Below, piece by piece: positions 33,983 through 45,811 of a stretch of DNA of 64,000 nt. This DNA is from an uncultured Opitutales bacterium (GTDB lineage Bacteria; Verrucomicrobiota; Verrucomicrobiia; Opitutales; Intestinicryptomonadaceae), in assembly GCA_900545705.1 (NCBI GenBank), contig URAK01000008.1, positions 72,096-136,095 on the forward strand. The letters run 5' to 3'. The notes beneath the pieces were generated by a model. The model worked only from the letters and a program-made list of their open reading frames with translations. It was not told where the DNA came from and made no database searches. Position 1 is the first letter of the stretch. Every line of letters begins with the position of its first letter. The position numbers and the translations under genes are program-made.

Positions 33983-35230
33983 TTAAAAGTTGACTTCCAC
34001 GCGCGCCCCCACGACATACGCCGCTCCGGAAATCCCTTTGCCGGGGTTCATAAATATCTGCATGTCCGGCTGCAATACTATCGCAGGCGTCAATCGGCAT
34101 TGGTATGTAATTTCAAGGGTTCCCTCGTAATGCGAATACGATTCGCGCGCCCCGCGTTCATTTTCTATTACGGAAAACGCCGCCGCGAATATATCCCCTT
34201 CCCTTCCGGGAATCGGCCCAAACCAGTTAATTCCGAAATCCGCATAAAAGTTCTGGTCGGAAGCGTTTGCCTGCGGGACAATTCCAAGTCTCGCGAATAC
34301 CCCGAAGAGCCTGTTCCCGTCGGAATCAAGAACCAAGTCTTGCTGTATGCCGAAGTAAAACGAATAAAAGCTTCCAGCGTCTATCTTGTCAAAATTTACA
34401 TTTGAAGGATCGCTGTGCCAGTTTCCGCCAAACATTGCCCTACCTTCCAATCCGCCTATTTTATAGTTATAGCCAAGCTGGTACCAAAGTGCGACTGTGT
34501 CAAAAGTGTTTGAGTAATCAAAGCCGTTGTTGCTTGAAATATCCTCGCCGACATTTCCGTTATAGATTCCAAGCATAAGGCTAAAATTTTCGCGCGAGTA
34601 ATATACCACCGCCCCCGGCGTTGCCACATTGTACTGAGAAAACAGCTGGGCAGGCGCAACATTGGGCATCGCGCCCAGCGAGGAATTCAAAAATACGTCG
34701 GAATAATCCATTCCCATAAAGTCTTCGTCTGCTGCAAGCTGCCCTATCCGCAAGCCAAAATTACCGAACTTAGTCTCAATTTCGTTCGCATAGTATATTT
34801 CAAACACCCGCGCCATGTTTCCCGCCACTATATTTGAAAAACACCCTTGCGACGAATCCAGCCCGCCAAGTGCTCCACCGCTGCTTTGCGCATAGTAAAA
34901 CGCGCTCGCGCCTATCCTTCCCGCCCCTTCGCCGACTATCGCCGATAAATTCTGCTCGAATCCTATTGTAATTAGAGTGTCGAACAATGTTTTTATGTCG
35001 GAACCGCGCGAAACGTCCGACCATCCCTCGCCCGTCCATACGGCAAACGGAGAAAATCCGCTGTCGGGCGCAATTTTTTCGATTGCCTCCCCTGTGAATA
35101 ATGTCTCCCGATCATGCCATCGGAGATCTCTGTATGCCTGTGTCGCCACAGTTTCGCTGTCCTCTGCATATATTGACAAAGCAAGTATAGTTGCGGCTAT
35201 CGACGCTATTACTTTTTTTTCTGTATTCAT
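33983..35230 (-). CDS. outer membrane beta-barrel porin (OprB/carbohydrate-selective porin-like)
   Basis: 415 aa with a signal peptide. Alternating amphipathic strands and a C-terminal ..VEVNF that ends in Phe. Confidence 0.45.
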   Translation of the reverse strand: MNTEKKVIASIAATILALSIYAEDSETVATQAYRDLRWHDRETLFTGEAIEKIAPDSGFSPFAVWTGEGWSDVSRGSDIKTLFDTLITIGFEQNLSAIVGEGAGRIGASAFYYAQSSGGALGGLDSSQGCFSNIVAGNMARVFEIYYANEIETKFGNFGLRIGQLAADEDFMGMDYSDVFLNSSLGAMPNVAPAQLFSQYNVATPGAVVYYSRENFSLMLGIYNGNVGEDISSNNGFDYSNTFDTVALWYQLGYNYKIGGLEGRAMFGGNWHSDPSNVNFDKIDAGSFYSFYFGIQQDLVLDSDGNRLFGVFARLGIVPQANASDQNFYADFGINWFGPIPGREGDIFAAAFSVIENERGARESYSHYEGTLEITYQCRLTPAIVLQPDMQIFMNPGKGISGAAYVVGARVEVNF

Positions 35231-35883
35231 ATATTTTCCTTTTTCTAATTTTTTTTAGCTACGCTTGTTTTTTAAAAAGATATCCGTCGTTGCCCGTTTT
35301 TTTTACAGCTATGGGACGCATACCCGCCAAAAAGGGAAAGCAAATTTAGCCGCATAAAAGTTAGATTAGACTAACTTGTCAATTAAATTATTAGACCCAT
35401 CTAACTTTTTTACAAAAAAATTTTCCATTCTTCATTAATGATTTTCGCCTATGAAACTGCCAAAAAGCTTAACGATAAAAGAAATTTTTTGCGCAGCCCC
35501 GCGCAATCCGCCTTAGTCAATTTGCATACAAAACCCAAAACATTCCGTTAAATAAGCAGAACCATCGCACTTCCTGCGCGCGGAATCTTGGGAAGCCCGC
35601 CGCGAACTAAATCCGCCGAACTTCACTTAGTCGCCCAACAAAATATTAGCGCAATACATATAAAGTAGTGCCCCCTTGCGCATGCCTATTGCATTGCGCT
35701 CCGCGCATTGCACTGTTTGCAACATGCGCATATCTGCACATTAAAAAAGCACCGTTATAAGAAAATTAAATGGGGAAAGCTCGAAATTAACAAGCCTCCG
35801 CAATAAAATAATTAGCATCACTAATGCGTAAAAAAAACCGGGCAATCCCACACCCGGTTTTCGCAAAAAAAGCAAAAATCAAT

Positions 35884-36525
35884 TTACATGCGCGAGTGGC
35901 ATTTCAAAAAGTTGGAGTAAAAGAGCAACCCTTTCTTCTGGCTCTTCTCCGGGTGGAACTGGCAAGCTACAAGATTGCCGCAAGATATGGCGCTCGTAAA
36001 TTTTTGCCCGCCGTATTCCGTCGTCCCCAATACAATGTCAGTTCTCGGGGTATCCACATAATAACTGTGGACAAAATAAAACTGGTCTTCAGAAGATAAT
36101 CCTTCAAGCAGGCGCTCGTTGCCCTCACGCCTAAATTCCACATTATCCCACCCCATGTGCGGAACTTTATACCCGCGCGGGAGATTCAATTTTTTTACGT
36201 TTCCTTCAAATATTCCCAAACATTCCGTGCCGCCACCCTCCTCGGAAAACTCGAAAAGCGCCTGCAAGCCAAGGCATATCCCAAAGAACGGCTTGTCTGC
36301 CGCTATCCAGTCGCGTATTGCAGTGTCGAAACCGGTGCTCTTTAAGAGCTTCATTGTATCTGCAACTGCCCCCTGCCCCGGAAAGACAAGCAAATCGTCG
36401 CCTTCAATTTCCGATGGCGAAGAAATAATCCGCGCCTTTGCGCCAACCGCCTCCCACGCGCGAAAAACGCTGCGCAGATTGCCCATTCCGTAGTCTATTA
36501 TCGCCGTCTTTGCGCCGACTGACAT
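35884..36525 (-). CDS. hisH: imidazole glycerol phosphate synthase, glutaminase subunit
   Basis: 213 aa class I GATase. [11 protein letters not shown] and the catalytic Cys in GICLGLQ. Confidence 0.9.
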   Translation of the reverse strand: MSVGAKTAIIDYGMGNLRSVFRAWEAVGAKARIISSPSEIEGDDLLVFPGQGAVADTMKLLKSTGFDTAIRDWIAADKPFFGICLGLQALFEFSEEGGGTECLGIFEGNVKKLNLPRGYKVPHMGWDNVEFRREGNERLLEGLSSEDQFYFVHSYYVDTPRTDIVLGTTEYGGQKFTSAISCGNLVACQFHPEKSQKKGLLFYSNFLKCHSRM

Positions 36526-36527
36526 AT

Positions 36528-37139
36528 TTATATCGATCCTTTCGTGGTTGGCAGCGCTCCTCCGAGCCGCCCATCTATCTCGACAGCCCTTCTAAGCGCC
36601 TTCGCGAAACATTTGAATGCCGCCTCAGCAACATGGTGCGGCTCGCCCCCGTAAATCAGCGACACATGCAGGTTCGCCCCGGCTTCGTTGGCAAACGCCT
36701 GAAAGAATTCGCGGCAAAGCGAAACGTTGAAGTCGCGCACGCGCGCGTCTTTATCGCCTAAATCGTACACCAAAATTGGCCTGTTAGACAAGTCAAGCGC
36801 AACTCTCACGAGGGTCTCGTCCATAGGCAGAATGAAAAATCCGTACCTAAAAATGCCTGCCTTGTCTCCGAGCGCCTCGCGAAACGCGCGCCCCAAGACT
36901 ATCCCGACATCCTCTACCGTGTGGTGGTAGTCTATGTCTATGTCGCCAGAAGCCTTTATTTTCAAATCGAACAGCCCGTGCCGCGCGAAGAGCTCGAGCA
37001 TATGGTTGAAGAACGGTATGGAAGTGTCTATTTCGTAATTTCCGGAGCCGTCTATATTCAGCTCTATATTTACGTCAGTCTCTTTTGTTTTGCGCGCTAT
37101 TTTGGATATTCTCGACTTCATTATTCGCCTTTCTTCCAC
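36528..37139 (-). CDS. hisB: imidazoleglycerol-phosphate dehydratase
   Basis: 203 aa. [16 protein letters not shown] and [14 protein letters not shown] motifs. Confidence 0.95.
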   Translation of the reverse strand: MEERRIMKSRISKIARKTKETDVNIELNIDGSGNYEIDTSIPFFNHMLELFARHGLFDLKIKASGDIDIDYHHTVEDVGIVLGRAFREALGDKAGIFRYGFFILPMDETLVRVALDLSNRPILVYDLGDKDARVRDFNVSLCREFFQAFANEAGANLHVSLIYGGEPHHVAEAAFKCFAKALRRAVEIDGRLGGALPTTKGSI

Positions 37140-38227
37140 TCGATTGCCGCCGCCCTGAACGCCTCCATCTGCCCCGGGGTCCCCACGGTCAGGCGTATCG
37201 ACTTGTTTACGTTCTTATCTTTCGGGAAATAGCGCAAGAGTATTTTTTTCGAGCGCAGGTATTCAAAGAGCGACGACGCCTCCGACACCGACGCCTTCTT
37301 CCCGTCACGAAACGGCTCAAACAATATAAAATTGCTAGAGCTCTTGATGTACTTCCAGCCTATCGAATCGAAAAACTTTTCCGTCGCGCTGCGCTCTGCT
37401 ATGACTTTCCCAACGCATTCCAAATGGTATGGAGCGTCCCTCAGCGCGGCGACTCCCGCGGCCTGCGCGAGCCTGTCTAAATTGTAGCTGTCCCTCACCC
37501 TGTCGAGAATTTCTATTATTGCCGGCTGCGCAAACGCCCAGCCTATCCTCATTCCGGCAAGTCCCCAGCCCTTGGAAGACGTACCCGTCACTATCAGGTT
37601 TTCGTACTTCTTTACAAGCGGAATGGCGGTCTCCCTCGCAAACGGCGCGTATGCCTCGTCCACAAGGACTATCCCGCCAAAGTTTTCGCATATTTCCGCA
37701 ACGGCGTTCAGCCCGAAACCTTTGCCTGTAGGAGCATTGGGATTCGTAAAGAAAAAAATGTTTGCGCCGCTTGAAAATATTTTCTCGAACGGAATTTCGA
37801 GATCGCCCGCAAATGGTATTTGGATTATCTCCGCCCCCTGTATCTTTGCGAGAACCGGATATAGGGAGTAGCTCGGATCTATTGTGGCAATTTTAAGAGA
37901 CTCGTCGGAGAACGCCCTGACCGCCAAGTTTAGCGCGTCGTCGGAGCCGTTTGCGGCAAACGCATACTCGGCCTCCATGCCGTAGTACTCAGCAACTGCC
38001 TTTCTAAGCTCACGCGAATAAGGGTCTGGATACAGCCTGAGCATTTCACCGTCGGGGCCCATTGCAGAAATTACCGCCTCGCGCACTTTCGGAGACGGCG
38101 CGTACGGCAACTCATTCGTGTTCAGTTTTACCCAGCCGCTCTCGCCGGGCTGTTCCCCAGGCGTGTACGGCGACATTTTCCTAACGCTTGCGGATACTTT
38201 GTCGTTTAGCGCAAATTTATTTTTCAT
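37121..38227 (-). CDS. hisC: histidinol-phosphate aminotransferase
   Basis: 368 aa class II aminotransferase. Overlaps hisB by 19 nt. Confidence 0.9.
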   Translation of the reverse strand: MKNKFALNDKVSASVRKMSPYTPGEQPGESGWVKLNTNELPYAPSPKVREAVISAMGPDGEMLRLYPDPYSRELRKAVAEYYGMEAEYAFAANGSDDALNLAVRAFSDESLKIATIDPSYSLYPVLAKIQGAEIIQIPFAGDLEIPFEKIFSSGANIFFFTNPNAPTGKGFGLNAVAEICENFGGIVLVDEAYAPFARETAIPLVKKYENLIVTGTSSKGWGLAGMRIGWAFAQPAIIEILDRVRDSYNLDRLAQAAGVAALRDAPYHLECVGKVIAERSATEKFFDSIGWKYIKSSSNFILFEPFRDGKKASVSEASSLFEYLRSKKILLRYFPKDKNVNKSIRLTVGTPGQMEAFRAAAIEWKKGE

Positions 38228-38999
38228 TTTCCATTTTCCTCGCTTTCATCGCATACTCCGCCGGATTCTCGACGGGATTTTCCCTCATTCCACTCTGAAG
38301 CCTCGCAAGGTACGGGTCGGGCTTGCGCTCAAGGCTGAACGGCTCTTCGGGAAGATTTTCGGCGTCTATGTCAAGCTCGTCCACTGCGTCGAAATCGTCG
38401 AAAATCATGGATATTCTCCGCGCCTCGTCTATCATGAGTTCTATCGGGTTTTCGGTTTTAAAATTCTTGTCAACGTATTCAACCAAGTGTGGGTGGCGCA
38501 TTTTTTCCCATCTCAGCTTCAACTCCTCAACGCTTTTATTTGACACTCCGCTGCGGCGGGAAAGTAGAACGCAGTCGGCAAAGTGCGCGAGCATATCCAA
38601 ATATTTTAACGTCTCCTTCGGAAATTTTTCCGACATTGAGCAGTCGACAACCGCCCATATTCTCGCAAGCCTTATCTTTCCGCCGTCGCAAAGCCCCTTG
38701 AAGCTCTCCACTTCGTCCGCAGGATTCTTTGTTGAATCAGCCACATAAAATACCCTTGTTATTTTAGATGCGTCAAGCGCGCCAATCTTCACCGCCGCAT
38801 CCGCGGCGTCGGAATATTTTACTATTCCGGCATTGTCGGCCTTGGCTATCGAAGCATCGCTCTCGGAAGGCTTCTCGTTTTCCGAAACGAACACTACCGA
38901 AAAATCTCCGTCCATAGATCCCCGCTCTATGGCGTCGCGCACAATCCCGCGCCGTCCTGATGTCGGGGTTCCCATTATATAATACGCGGGAATTTGCAT
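38217..38999 (-). CDS. hypothetical protein embedded between aroC and hisC
   Basis: 260 aa with no confident family. N-terminal Gly-rich stretch (YIMGTPTSGRRGIV) and an acidic C-terminus. Its stop overlaps the hisC start by 11 nt. Confidence 0.5.
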   Translation of the reverse strand: MQIPAYYIMGTPTSGRRGIVRDAIERGSMDGDFSVVFVSENEKPSESDASIAKADNAGIVKYSDAADAAVKIGALDASKITRVFYVADSTKNPADEVESFKGLCDGGKIRLARIWAVVDCSMSEKFPKETLKYLDMLAHFADCVLLSRRSGVSNKSVEELKLRWEKMRHPHLVEYVDKNFKTENPIELMIDEARRISMIFDDFDAVDELDIDAENLPEEPFSLERKPDPYLARLQSGMRENPVENPAEYAMKARKMENEK

Positions 39000-39026
39000 T
39001 GCGCTCCTCCTTTGCTGCGCGGCGCG

Positions 39027-40103
39027 CTAAATGCGCACCGTACGGTTAATCAATAGAAAATCGGCCGCGACAATCGCCGCCATTGCCTCGACTATTGGAA
39101 CCGCGCGCGGCAATACGCACGGATCGTGGCGCCCGCGCCCTATTACCTTTGCGGGTTTGAGCTCGCGCGAGACAGTGTCCTGCTCTTTGGCAATCGTTGC
39201 GGTGGGCTTGAATGCCACCCTGAAATCAACGGGCGCCCCTGACGTAATCCCGCCAAGCACGCCGCCCGCGCGGTTCGATGCAACCGACACTCTTCCGCTT
39301 TCGTCGAGGCAAAAAGCGTCGTTGTGCTGCGAGCCGAACATGCGTGTAGCCGCAAATCCAGCTCCTATTTCAAAACCCTTTGTCGCCGGCATTGAAAGCA
39401 TGGCCTTTGCGAGCTCCGCTTCGAACCTGTCGAATACGGGGTCTCCAAGCCCTACGGGGAGCCCCTCTATCCTGCACCTTACGACGCCGCCTACACTGTC
39501 GCCTTCCGATCTCGCCTTTTTTATAAATTCAATCATTTTGTCGGCGGTTTGCTTATGCGGGCACCTCACGGGAGAAGACTCAATCTCTTCGGCGGAGGGC
39601 GTCTCTGACACTGCGGGCATTGTTATTGCGTGCACGCTTTCGACCCACGCTCGTATTGCGACGCTTTCGCCCAAAATCTTGCGCGCAACCGCGCCAGCCG
39701 CAACGCGCCCTATTGTCTCGCGCGCCGAGCTTCTGCCGCCTCCGCGCGGATCGCGGAAACCGTATTTCATATCGTAAGTGAAGTCTGCATGCGACGGCCT
39801 CCACAATTTTGCAATCTCGGAATAATCGCCGGGGCGCTGGTCGAGATTTTCAACCATTACGCAAATTGGGGATCCGAGTGTTTTTCCTTCGTAAACGCCT
39901 GACAGTATACGGCAAGTGTCAGACTCCTTGCGCAGGGTTGAAATCGTACTCTGCCCCGGGCGGCGGCGGTCAAGCTGTGCCTGTATGTCGGCCTCGGAAA
40001 GCTCTATGCCCGACGGGCAGCCGTCAATAACGCAACCTACTGCCGCCCCATGGCTTTCGCCAAAGGTGGCGACTCTGAATATTTTACCGAATATATTTCC
40101 CAT
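39027..40103 (-). CDS. aroC: chorismate synthase
   Basis: 358 aa. GNIFGKIFRVATFGESHG N-terminal signature. Confidence 0.95.
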   Translation of the reverse strand: MGNIFGKIFRVATFGESHGAAVGCVIDGCPSGIELSEADIQAQLDRRRPGQSTISTLRKESDTCRILSGVYEGKTLGSPICVMVENLDQRPGDYSEIAKLWRPSHADFTYDMKYGFRDPRGGGRSSARETIGRVAAGAVARKILGESVAIRAWVESVHAITMPAVSETPSAEEIESSPVRCPHKQTADKMIEFIKKARSEGDSVGGVVRCRIEGLPVGLGDPVFDRFEAELAKAMLSMPATKGFEIGAGFAATRMFGSQHNDAFCLDESGRVSVASNRAGGVLGGITSGAPVDFRVAFKPTATIAKEQDTVSRELKPAKVIGRGRHDPCVLPRAVPIVEAMAAIVAADFLLINRTVRI

Positions 40104-40335
40104 TATGCCGCAAACGTTAGACTAACTTTTAGCATAATTCAACAAATCTCTTTCCCTATAAATCCGTATTTTTCAACCCATATGTGCGCCGCCGCGCCCG
40201 GCATTGTCCGACGGCAGGATTTTACCTAACAAATAAACCGATCGATTTTTTAATAATAAATTATTTTCTCATTGCGGCGCAAAAAAACGCGAGGCCGCTT
40301 TTGGCAGACTCGCGCCGGATTTCATTAAATAACCG

Positions 40336-41433
40336 CTATTTTCTGCGGCGAACAACTACCGCCGCAAACGCAAGAAGCCCCAATGCCGCCGCTACCATAG
40401 ACGGTTCGGGAACAACCGTAAGTATCAGGTTTTGGCCGTCCCAAGCTATATCGTAGTTGACTCCGTATGCGTCCAAGATGTCGGTACGCAAATCAAAGTC
40501 TTCAAGAGAGCCCGCATCGGCAAATCCTTCCGACCACTCGTCCGCCCAAAATATCTTATATTCTCCTGCCGATAAATTATCCGCATTCAAAATTCCAAAA
40601 TCAACGGTTATAACTTCCGTGTCGTTTTTCTTTGTCGTACCAAACGAATATATTGCAGTTCCGTCGGTCTTTAACTTGCCGACGTTCAGCGTCATCTTCA
40701 GGTCGCCCTTTGTGTTTGTCATAACGGTAGATGCAAAGTCGGTGCTATACGCATACATATTGACGCTTATATCGAGCACATCCCGTATGTTCAATGTATC
40801 AGCACTAATGCTGTCTATAAAACCATCATACGCCCCTAAATCTAAATTTACCCCGCCTTGTTGGGGTGGAGTAATAGTTATAGTTCCTCCAACATTTATA
40901 TTTACGCTTCCAGCGGTTGTCTTTTTTAAATACATGTGCGCTATCTGAGACAATGTCAGACTGCTAAGATTTAAGTCTATATTTTCGGCATCTTCAAATT
41001 GAATTGTCATAATATTATTTATGCGCGCATTCATTGCGCCCGCCGTAAAACTTTCCGTAAATTTAAATACAGTCGACTCGGTGACTGTCGTTCCAAATGA
41101 GACAGACCCGTCGGATTGCAACTCGCCCATTACCCACCGCTTTAACAGCACTGTTGACGAAGATGTTATCTGCTGAGACTGGTCGGCTCCTATCGCACCG
41201 CTTGCGTATTTTCCCTTGTCAGTAGGTATTCTGTCGTCGGTTCCAACAGGAAACACCCTAAAATTCCAGTCGTCGCCGCCACTGTCGTAAGTGGATAAGT
41301 ACGTCCATTGGCTTCTGTCGCTCAAATTCGCGGGATTTCCCGTTCCCATGAACAAAAAAGCGTCTGCACCGTAAATTGCAAAAGGCGAAATGAAAAGACT
41401 GAGAAGGGTAAATATATGTAATCTCGTTTTCAT
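40336..41433 (-). CDS. PEP-CTERM (exosortase-sorted) secreted protein
   Basis: The likely start is the internal ATG that gives MKTRLHIFTLLSLFISPFAIYGADA (a signal peptide). The C-terminus is PEPSMVAAALGLLAFAAVVVRRRK, which is a PEP motif, a TM helix and a basic tail. Confidence 0.7.
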   Translation of the reverse strand: MKTRLHIFTLLSLFISPFAIYGADAFLFMGTGNPANLSDRSQWTYLSTYDSGGDDWNFRVFPVGTDDRIPTDKGKYASGAIGADQSQQITSSSTVLLKRWVMGELQSDGSVSFGTTVTESTVFKFTESFTAGAMNARINNIMTIQFEDAENIDLNLSSLTLSQIAHMYLKKTTAGSVNINVGGTITITPPQQGGVNLDLGAYDGFIDSISADTLNIRDVLDISVNMYAYSTDFASTVMTNTKGDLKMTLNVGKLKTDGTAIYSFGTTKKNDTEVITVDFGILNADNLSAGEYKIFWADEWSEGFADAGSLEDFDLRTDILDAYGVNYDIAWDGQNLILTVVPEPSMVAAALGLLAFAAVVVRRRK

Positions 41434-41636
41434 AAAATTTATTCTAGATGTTTTTTCTAATTTTGCAATAAATTTCTCAATATATAGCACTAAAAAAATT
41501 TAAGCCAATTCAAAGGGGTTAACTTGCCTATTTTAAAAATCTTAAAAAAGAAAAAAACACCATGTTCACAAACGCCAAACAGCGCCCCTAAACCGCATAA
41601 AAAATACCCAAACTACAATAAAAAAACCGCCGCCGC

Positions 41637-43277
41637 TCAGTCGCCTGCCGCAAGCTTTGAAAGCTTTTTCAAATCGAGCTTCCCGCTCGGCAATAACGGT
41701 ATTTTGTCCGTGCGAACAAGATGCTTCGGCATCCATAGGTTGCTTATGCCCGCGCGCCTGAGCGCCTCCTTCGCCTCTGCGAGAGTTATATCGACAGCGG
41801 CGACAAGCACTATCGCCTCGCCCTTCCCCTCGTCCAGCCTAGAAGATATCGCAAGCGACGGCACGTCAGAACCGGCGTATCCCAACTGCGCGTTCAAGGC
41901 GGCCTCGACAGTCGCGTGCGGAACCATCTCGCCGCCTATTTTAGAAAAGCGCGAAAGCCTGCCGTCTATGTACAGGAATCCGTCCGAATCCAAGCGGGAC
42001 AAGTCGCCGGTCACAAGCCAGCCGTCCACAAGAGCAGCATTTGTCGCTTCGGGGTTGTCGAGGTAGCCGGCAAATATATTCGCCCCCTTCAAAGCAAGCA
42101 AGCCCCTCATTCCAAACGGTAGCGGCTTCAAAGTTGAGGCGTCGAGTATCTTGGCAGACATTCCGGGAAACAATTTCCCAATTGACCCCTTGCGGGCGCC
42201 GGTGGAATACCACCCAAAATCGCGCTCAGGCAAATTAACTCCAACCACAGGTGTCGCCTCGGTAAGCCCGTAGCCCTCACGGTAAGTGTCGCCAAACTTA
42301 CTGTTCCAAAGCTCGTGGAAACCGTTTGGAGTCTTTTCCGCGCCGGCAACCGCCTTGCGTATTGTCGCCATATCCTCCGCATTCGCGTGCTTTATGTACG
42401 CCCTGAAAAACGTCGGGCTTCCTATAATAGCCGTAGCACCTGTTTCCTTCACAGCGCGCACATTGCTTTTTATGTCGAGCGGGCTTGCCAAAGACACTGT
42501 CCTCTGACCCTCTATCGCCATATACCACACTTCAAACAGCAGCCCGAAACTATGGAATATCGGCAGGTTCGCAAGAAGTATGTCGTCGCTATCAAATAGT
42601 CCGCACAGTTTTGTCTGCAAGCAGTTGGCGATTATGTTGCGCTCAGTAAGTATCGCAGCTTTCGGCGCGCCCTCGCTGCCGCTCGTAAACGCGAGCGTCC
42701 CCTCTTTCTTTGGGTCCGTCGAGTTTTCGGAAATTCCAAAATGCGACAATATGTCGGCCGGATTGCCCTTTGCGGCCGCCTCCCTCCACATATCGAGCCT
42801 CTCCTGCGGTATCTGCGCGAGCATCTGGGAGGCGTCCATAACTTTCTGCGACCACGGAAATGCGGGGTTTGCCTTCGATATTTTTGCGCTGTACGGAAGC
42901 GCCGTTATCATTTCCCTTATCTTTGCCGTAGCCACGCAACTTGCGGCCGCGACGGGTCCGAGCGTAAAATTCAAATTTACGGGAGTTATCCCGGACAGCA
43001 CGCATGCATAGTTTACAACGCAAGCTATAAACGACGGCGGTATCGCTATCCCGAGCCTTCCGCCGAGGCTCTCCGCGCGCAACACCTCTGCGAGCGCGCA
43101 CGACGCCGCGAGCAAATCCGCGCCGCTGTAATTCTTTGCGCCTCCGGAAAAATCGCACAAGAGGGGCTTTTGGGCGTTTTCGCAAAGCCCGCGAACCACC
43201 GCATAGGCAAGCGTCTTTCCAAGCTCGCCGCGGCGTTCAAAGACTTCATACCCCATATCGACAATATCCGCGCTCAT
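41637..43277 (-). CDS. AMP-dependent synthetase/ligase (acyl-CoA / acyl-ACP synthetase-like)
   Basis: 546 aa ANL-superfamily adenylation fold (TSGSEGAPKAAIL, GYGLTEATPVV, GDLSRLDSDGFLYIDGRLSRFSKIGGEMV). Confidence 0.8.
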   Translation of the reverse strand: MSADIVDMGYEVFERRGELGKTLAYAVVRGLCENAQKPLLCDFSGGAKNYSGADLLAASCALAEVLRAESLGGRLGIAIPPSFIACVVNYACVLSGITPVNLNFTLGPVAAASCVATAKIREMITALPYSAKISKANPAFPWSQKVMDASQMLAQIPQERLDMWREAAAKGNPADILSHFGISENSTDPKKEGTLAFTSGSEGAPKAAILTERNIIANCLQTKLCGLFDSDDILLANLPIFHSFGLLFEVWYMAIEGQRTVSLASPLDIKSNVRAVKETGATAIIGSPTFFRAYIKHANAEDMATIRKAVAGAEKTPNGFHELWNSKFGDTYREGYGLTEATPVVGVNLPERDFGWYSTGARKGSIGKLFPGMSAKILDASTLKPLPFGMRGLLALKGANIFAGYLDNPEATNAALVDGWLVTGDLSRLDSDGFLYIDGRLSRFSKIGGEMVPHATVEAALNAQLGYAGSDVPSLAISSRLDEGKGEAIVLVAAVDITLAEAKEALRRAGISNLWMPKHLVRTDKIPLLPSGKLDLKKLSKLAAGD

Positions 43278-43461
43278 ATTCCACTATCAATTAACCCGAG
43301 TCCCGCGATTGTCAATACTTAGAAAAGACTTACTGCCAAAACTCCCGCGACTCCCTTGATAAAACGCGCCCATCCACCAAGAAAAAGAATTTCCGCAAAT
43401 CTTTCGCCCGTGCCAAAAAACTCGCGCGCCTATAAAAGACGGAGAACTTTCCGATAAATAA

Positions 43462-44763
<1,302 letters not shown>

Positions 44764-44764
44764 T

Positions 44765-44824
44765 TTTGCGGCCGCAAAAAATTCTTACCGGCGGGGCGGA
44801 GCTTATCCGCCCTTTTTGCTTTTT
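44765..44824. terminator. hairpin pair between convergent eno and tauE-like genes, probably a bidirectional terminator
   Basis: Perfect 16-nt palindrome ttttgcggccgcaaaa, then stem gggcgga/ccgccc followed by tttttgcttttt. Confidence 0.5.
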
Positions 44825-44899
44825 ATGCGTGAATATTGGCGCAAATGTAAGTTTGCTTTTCCACAAAGTCGGATTTTGAGGGCAAAGCCGCAAAAATCT

Positions 44900-45652
44900 T
44901 CAAAGAACCATAATAATAGTGCCCACAACAGTGGAGAGCACAACAAGCGCGCGGAAGAATTTTTCTGGAACAATATTTACGAGGCGCACCCCAAGAATTG
45001 CCCCAATAAATATGAAAGGTATGCCGCACGCCCCCGCCTTCAAAGCCAGCACGCCTATATTGTCCCACGCAAAGACTTGCAGCGGTATCTTCATATAGTT
45101 TACGAGCAGGAAGAACCATGCGGAAGTTCCCACAAACGAGCGTTTCGGCAGGCCCGCCGAAAGCAGATAGACCGACATCACAGGGCCGGCGGCATTGCCT
45201 ATCATTGTCGTAAACCCGCCAAGTATCCCAAACAATACTGCGCATTTTCCGGATTTTGCGATTTTCTGCGCGCGCTCCCCGCGCGCCGCAAACATCGTAA
45301 TAAGGCCAATAAAAATGCAGGAAGCCATCAGTACTCCGAACCCGCGCCCCGAAACAAAAGAGTCTGCGACAAGAGCCGCGAAAAACCCGACGACCGCACT
45401 CGGAAGGAGCTTTAAGACGAGCCGCCAGTCGGCGTCGCGCCTATAATATGCCACTGCTATCAAGTCGGCAAAGCAAAGCATCGGCAGAATAACACCCGTG
45501 GACTCCTTCGCACCGAATGCCAAGGCCATCATCGGAATAGAGACTACAACCGCCCCTTGTATTCCAGTTTTGGAAAACCCTATAAGAAGCGCGCAAAATG
45601 CAAGCGCCGCAAATTGCCAGTCCGACGAAAATATTCCGTTGTAAAATTCCAT
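44900..45652 (-). CDS. TauE/SafE-family (sulfite-exporter-like) membrane permease
   Basis: 250 aa polytopic membrane protein with the 4+4 TM repeat architecture and the Gly-rich helices typical of the family. Confidence 0.75.
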   Translation of the reverse strand: MEFYNGIFSSDWQFAALAFCALLIGFSKTGIQGAVVVSIPMMALAFGAKESTGVILPMLCFADLIAVAYYRRDADWRLVLKLLPSAVVGFFAALVADSFVSGRGFGVLMASCIFIGLITMFAARGERAQKIAKSGKCAVLFGILGGFTTMIGNAAGPVMSVYLLSAGLPKRSFVGTSAWFFLLVNYMKIPLQVFAWDNIGVLALKAGACGIPFIFIGAILGVRLVNIVPEKFFRALVVLSTVVGTIIMVL

Positions 45653-45811
45653 TTTTTCCGATTTTTATAAAAAGGAGATTTTACAGTCCCCTTCCGCAAA
45701 AAACGCGATATGAAAAATCAGACCGCATATTTTGCAAGGCAAAAATTTATGCGAATTTTATACGCATTTTAATGCTTGTAGAATCAAAATTTACCAACAA
45801 TATTACGGGAT

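Noticed and set aside
39031-39777. 248-aa plus-strand ORF
   Set aside because: Antisense to aroC. Ala/Ser/Thr-rich low complexity. Shadow ORF.
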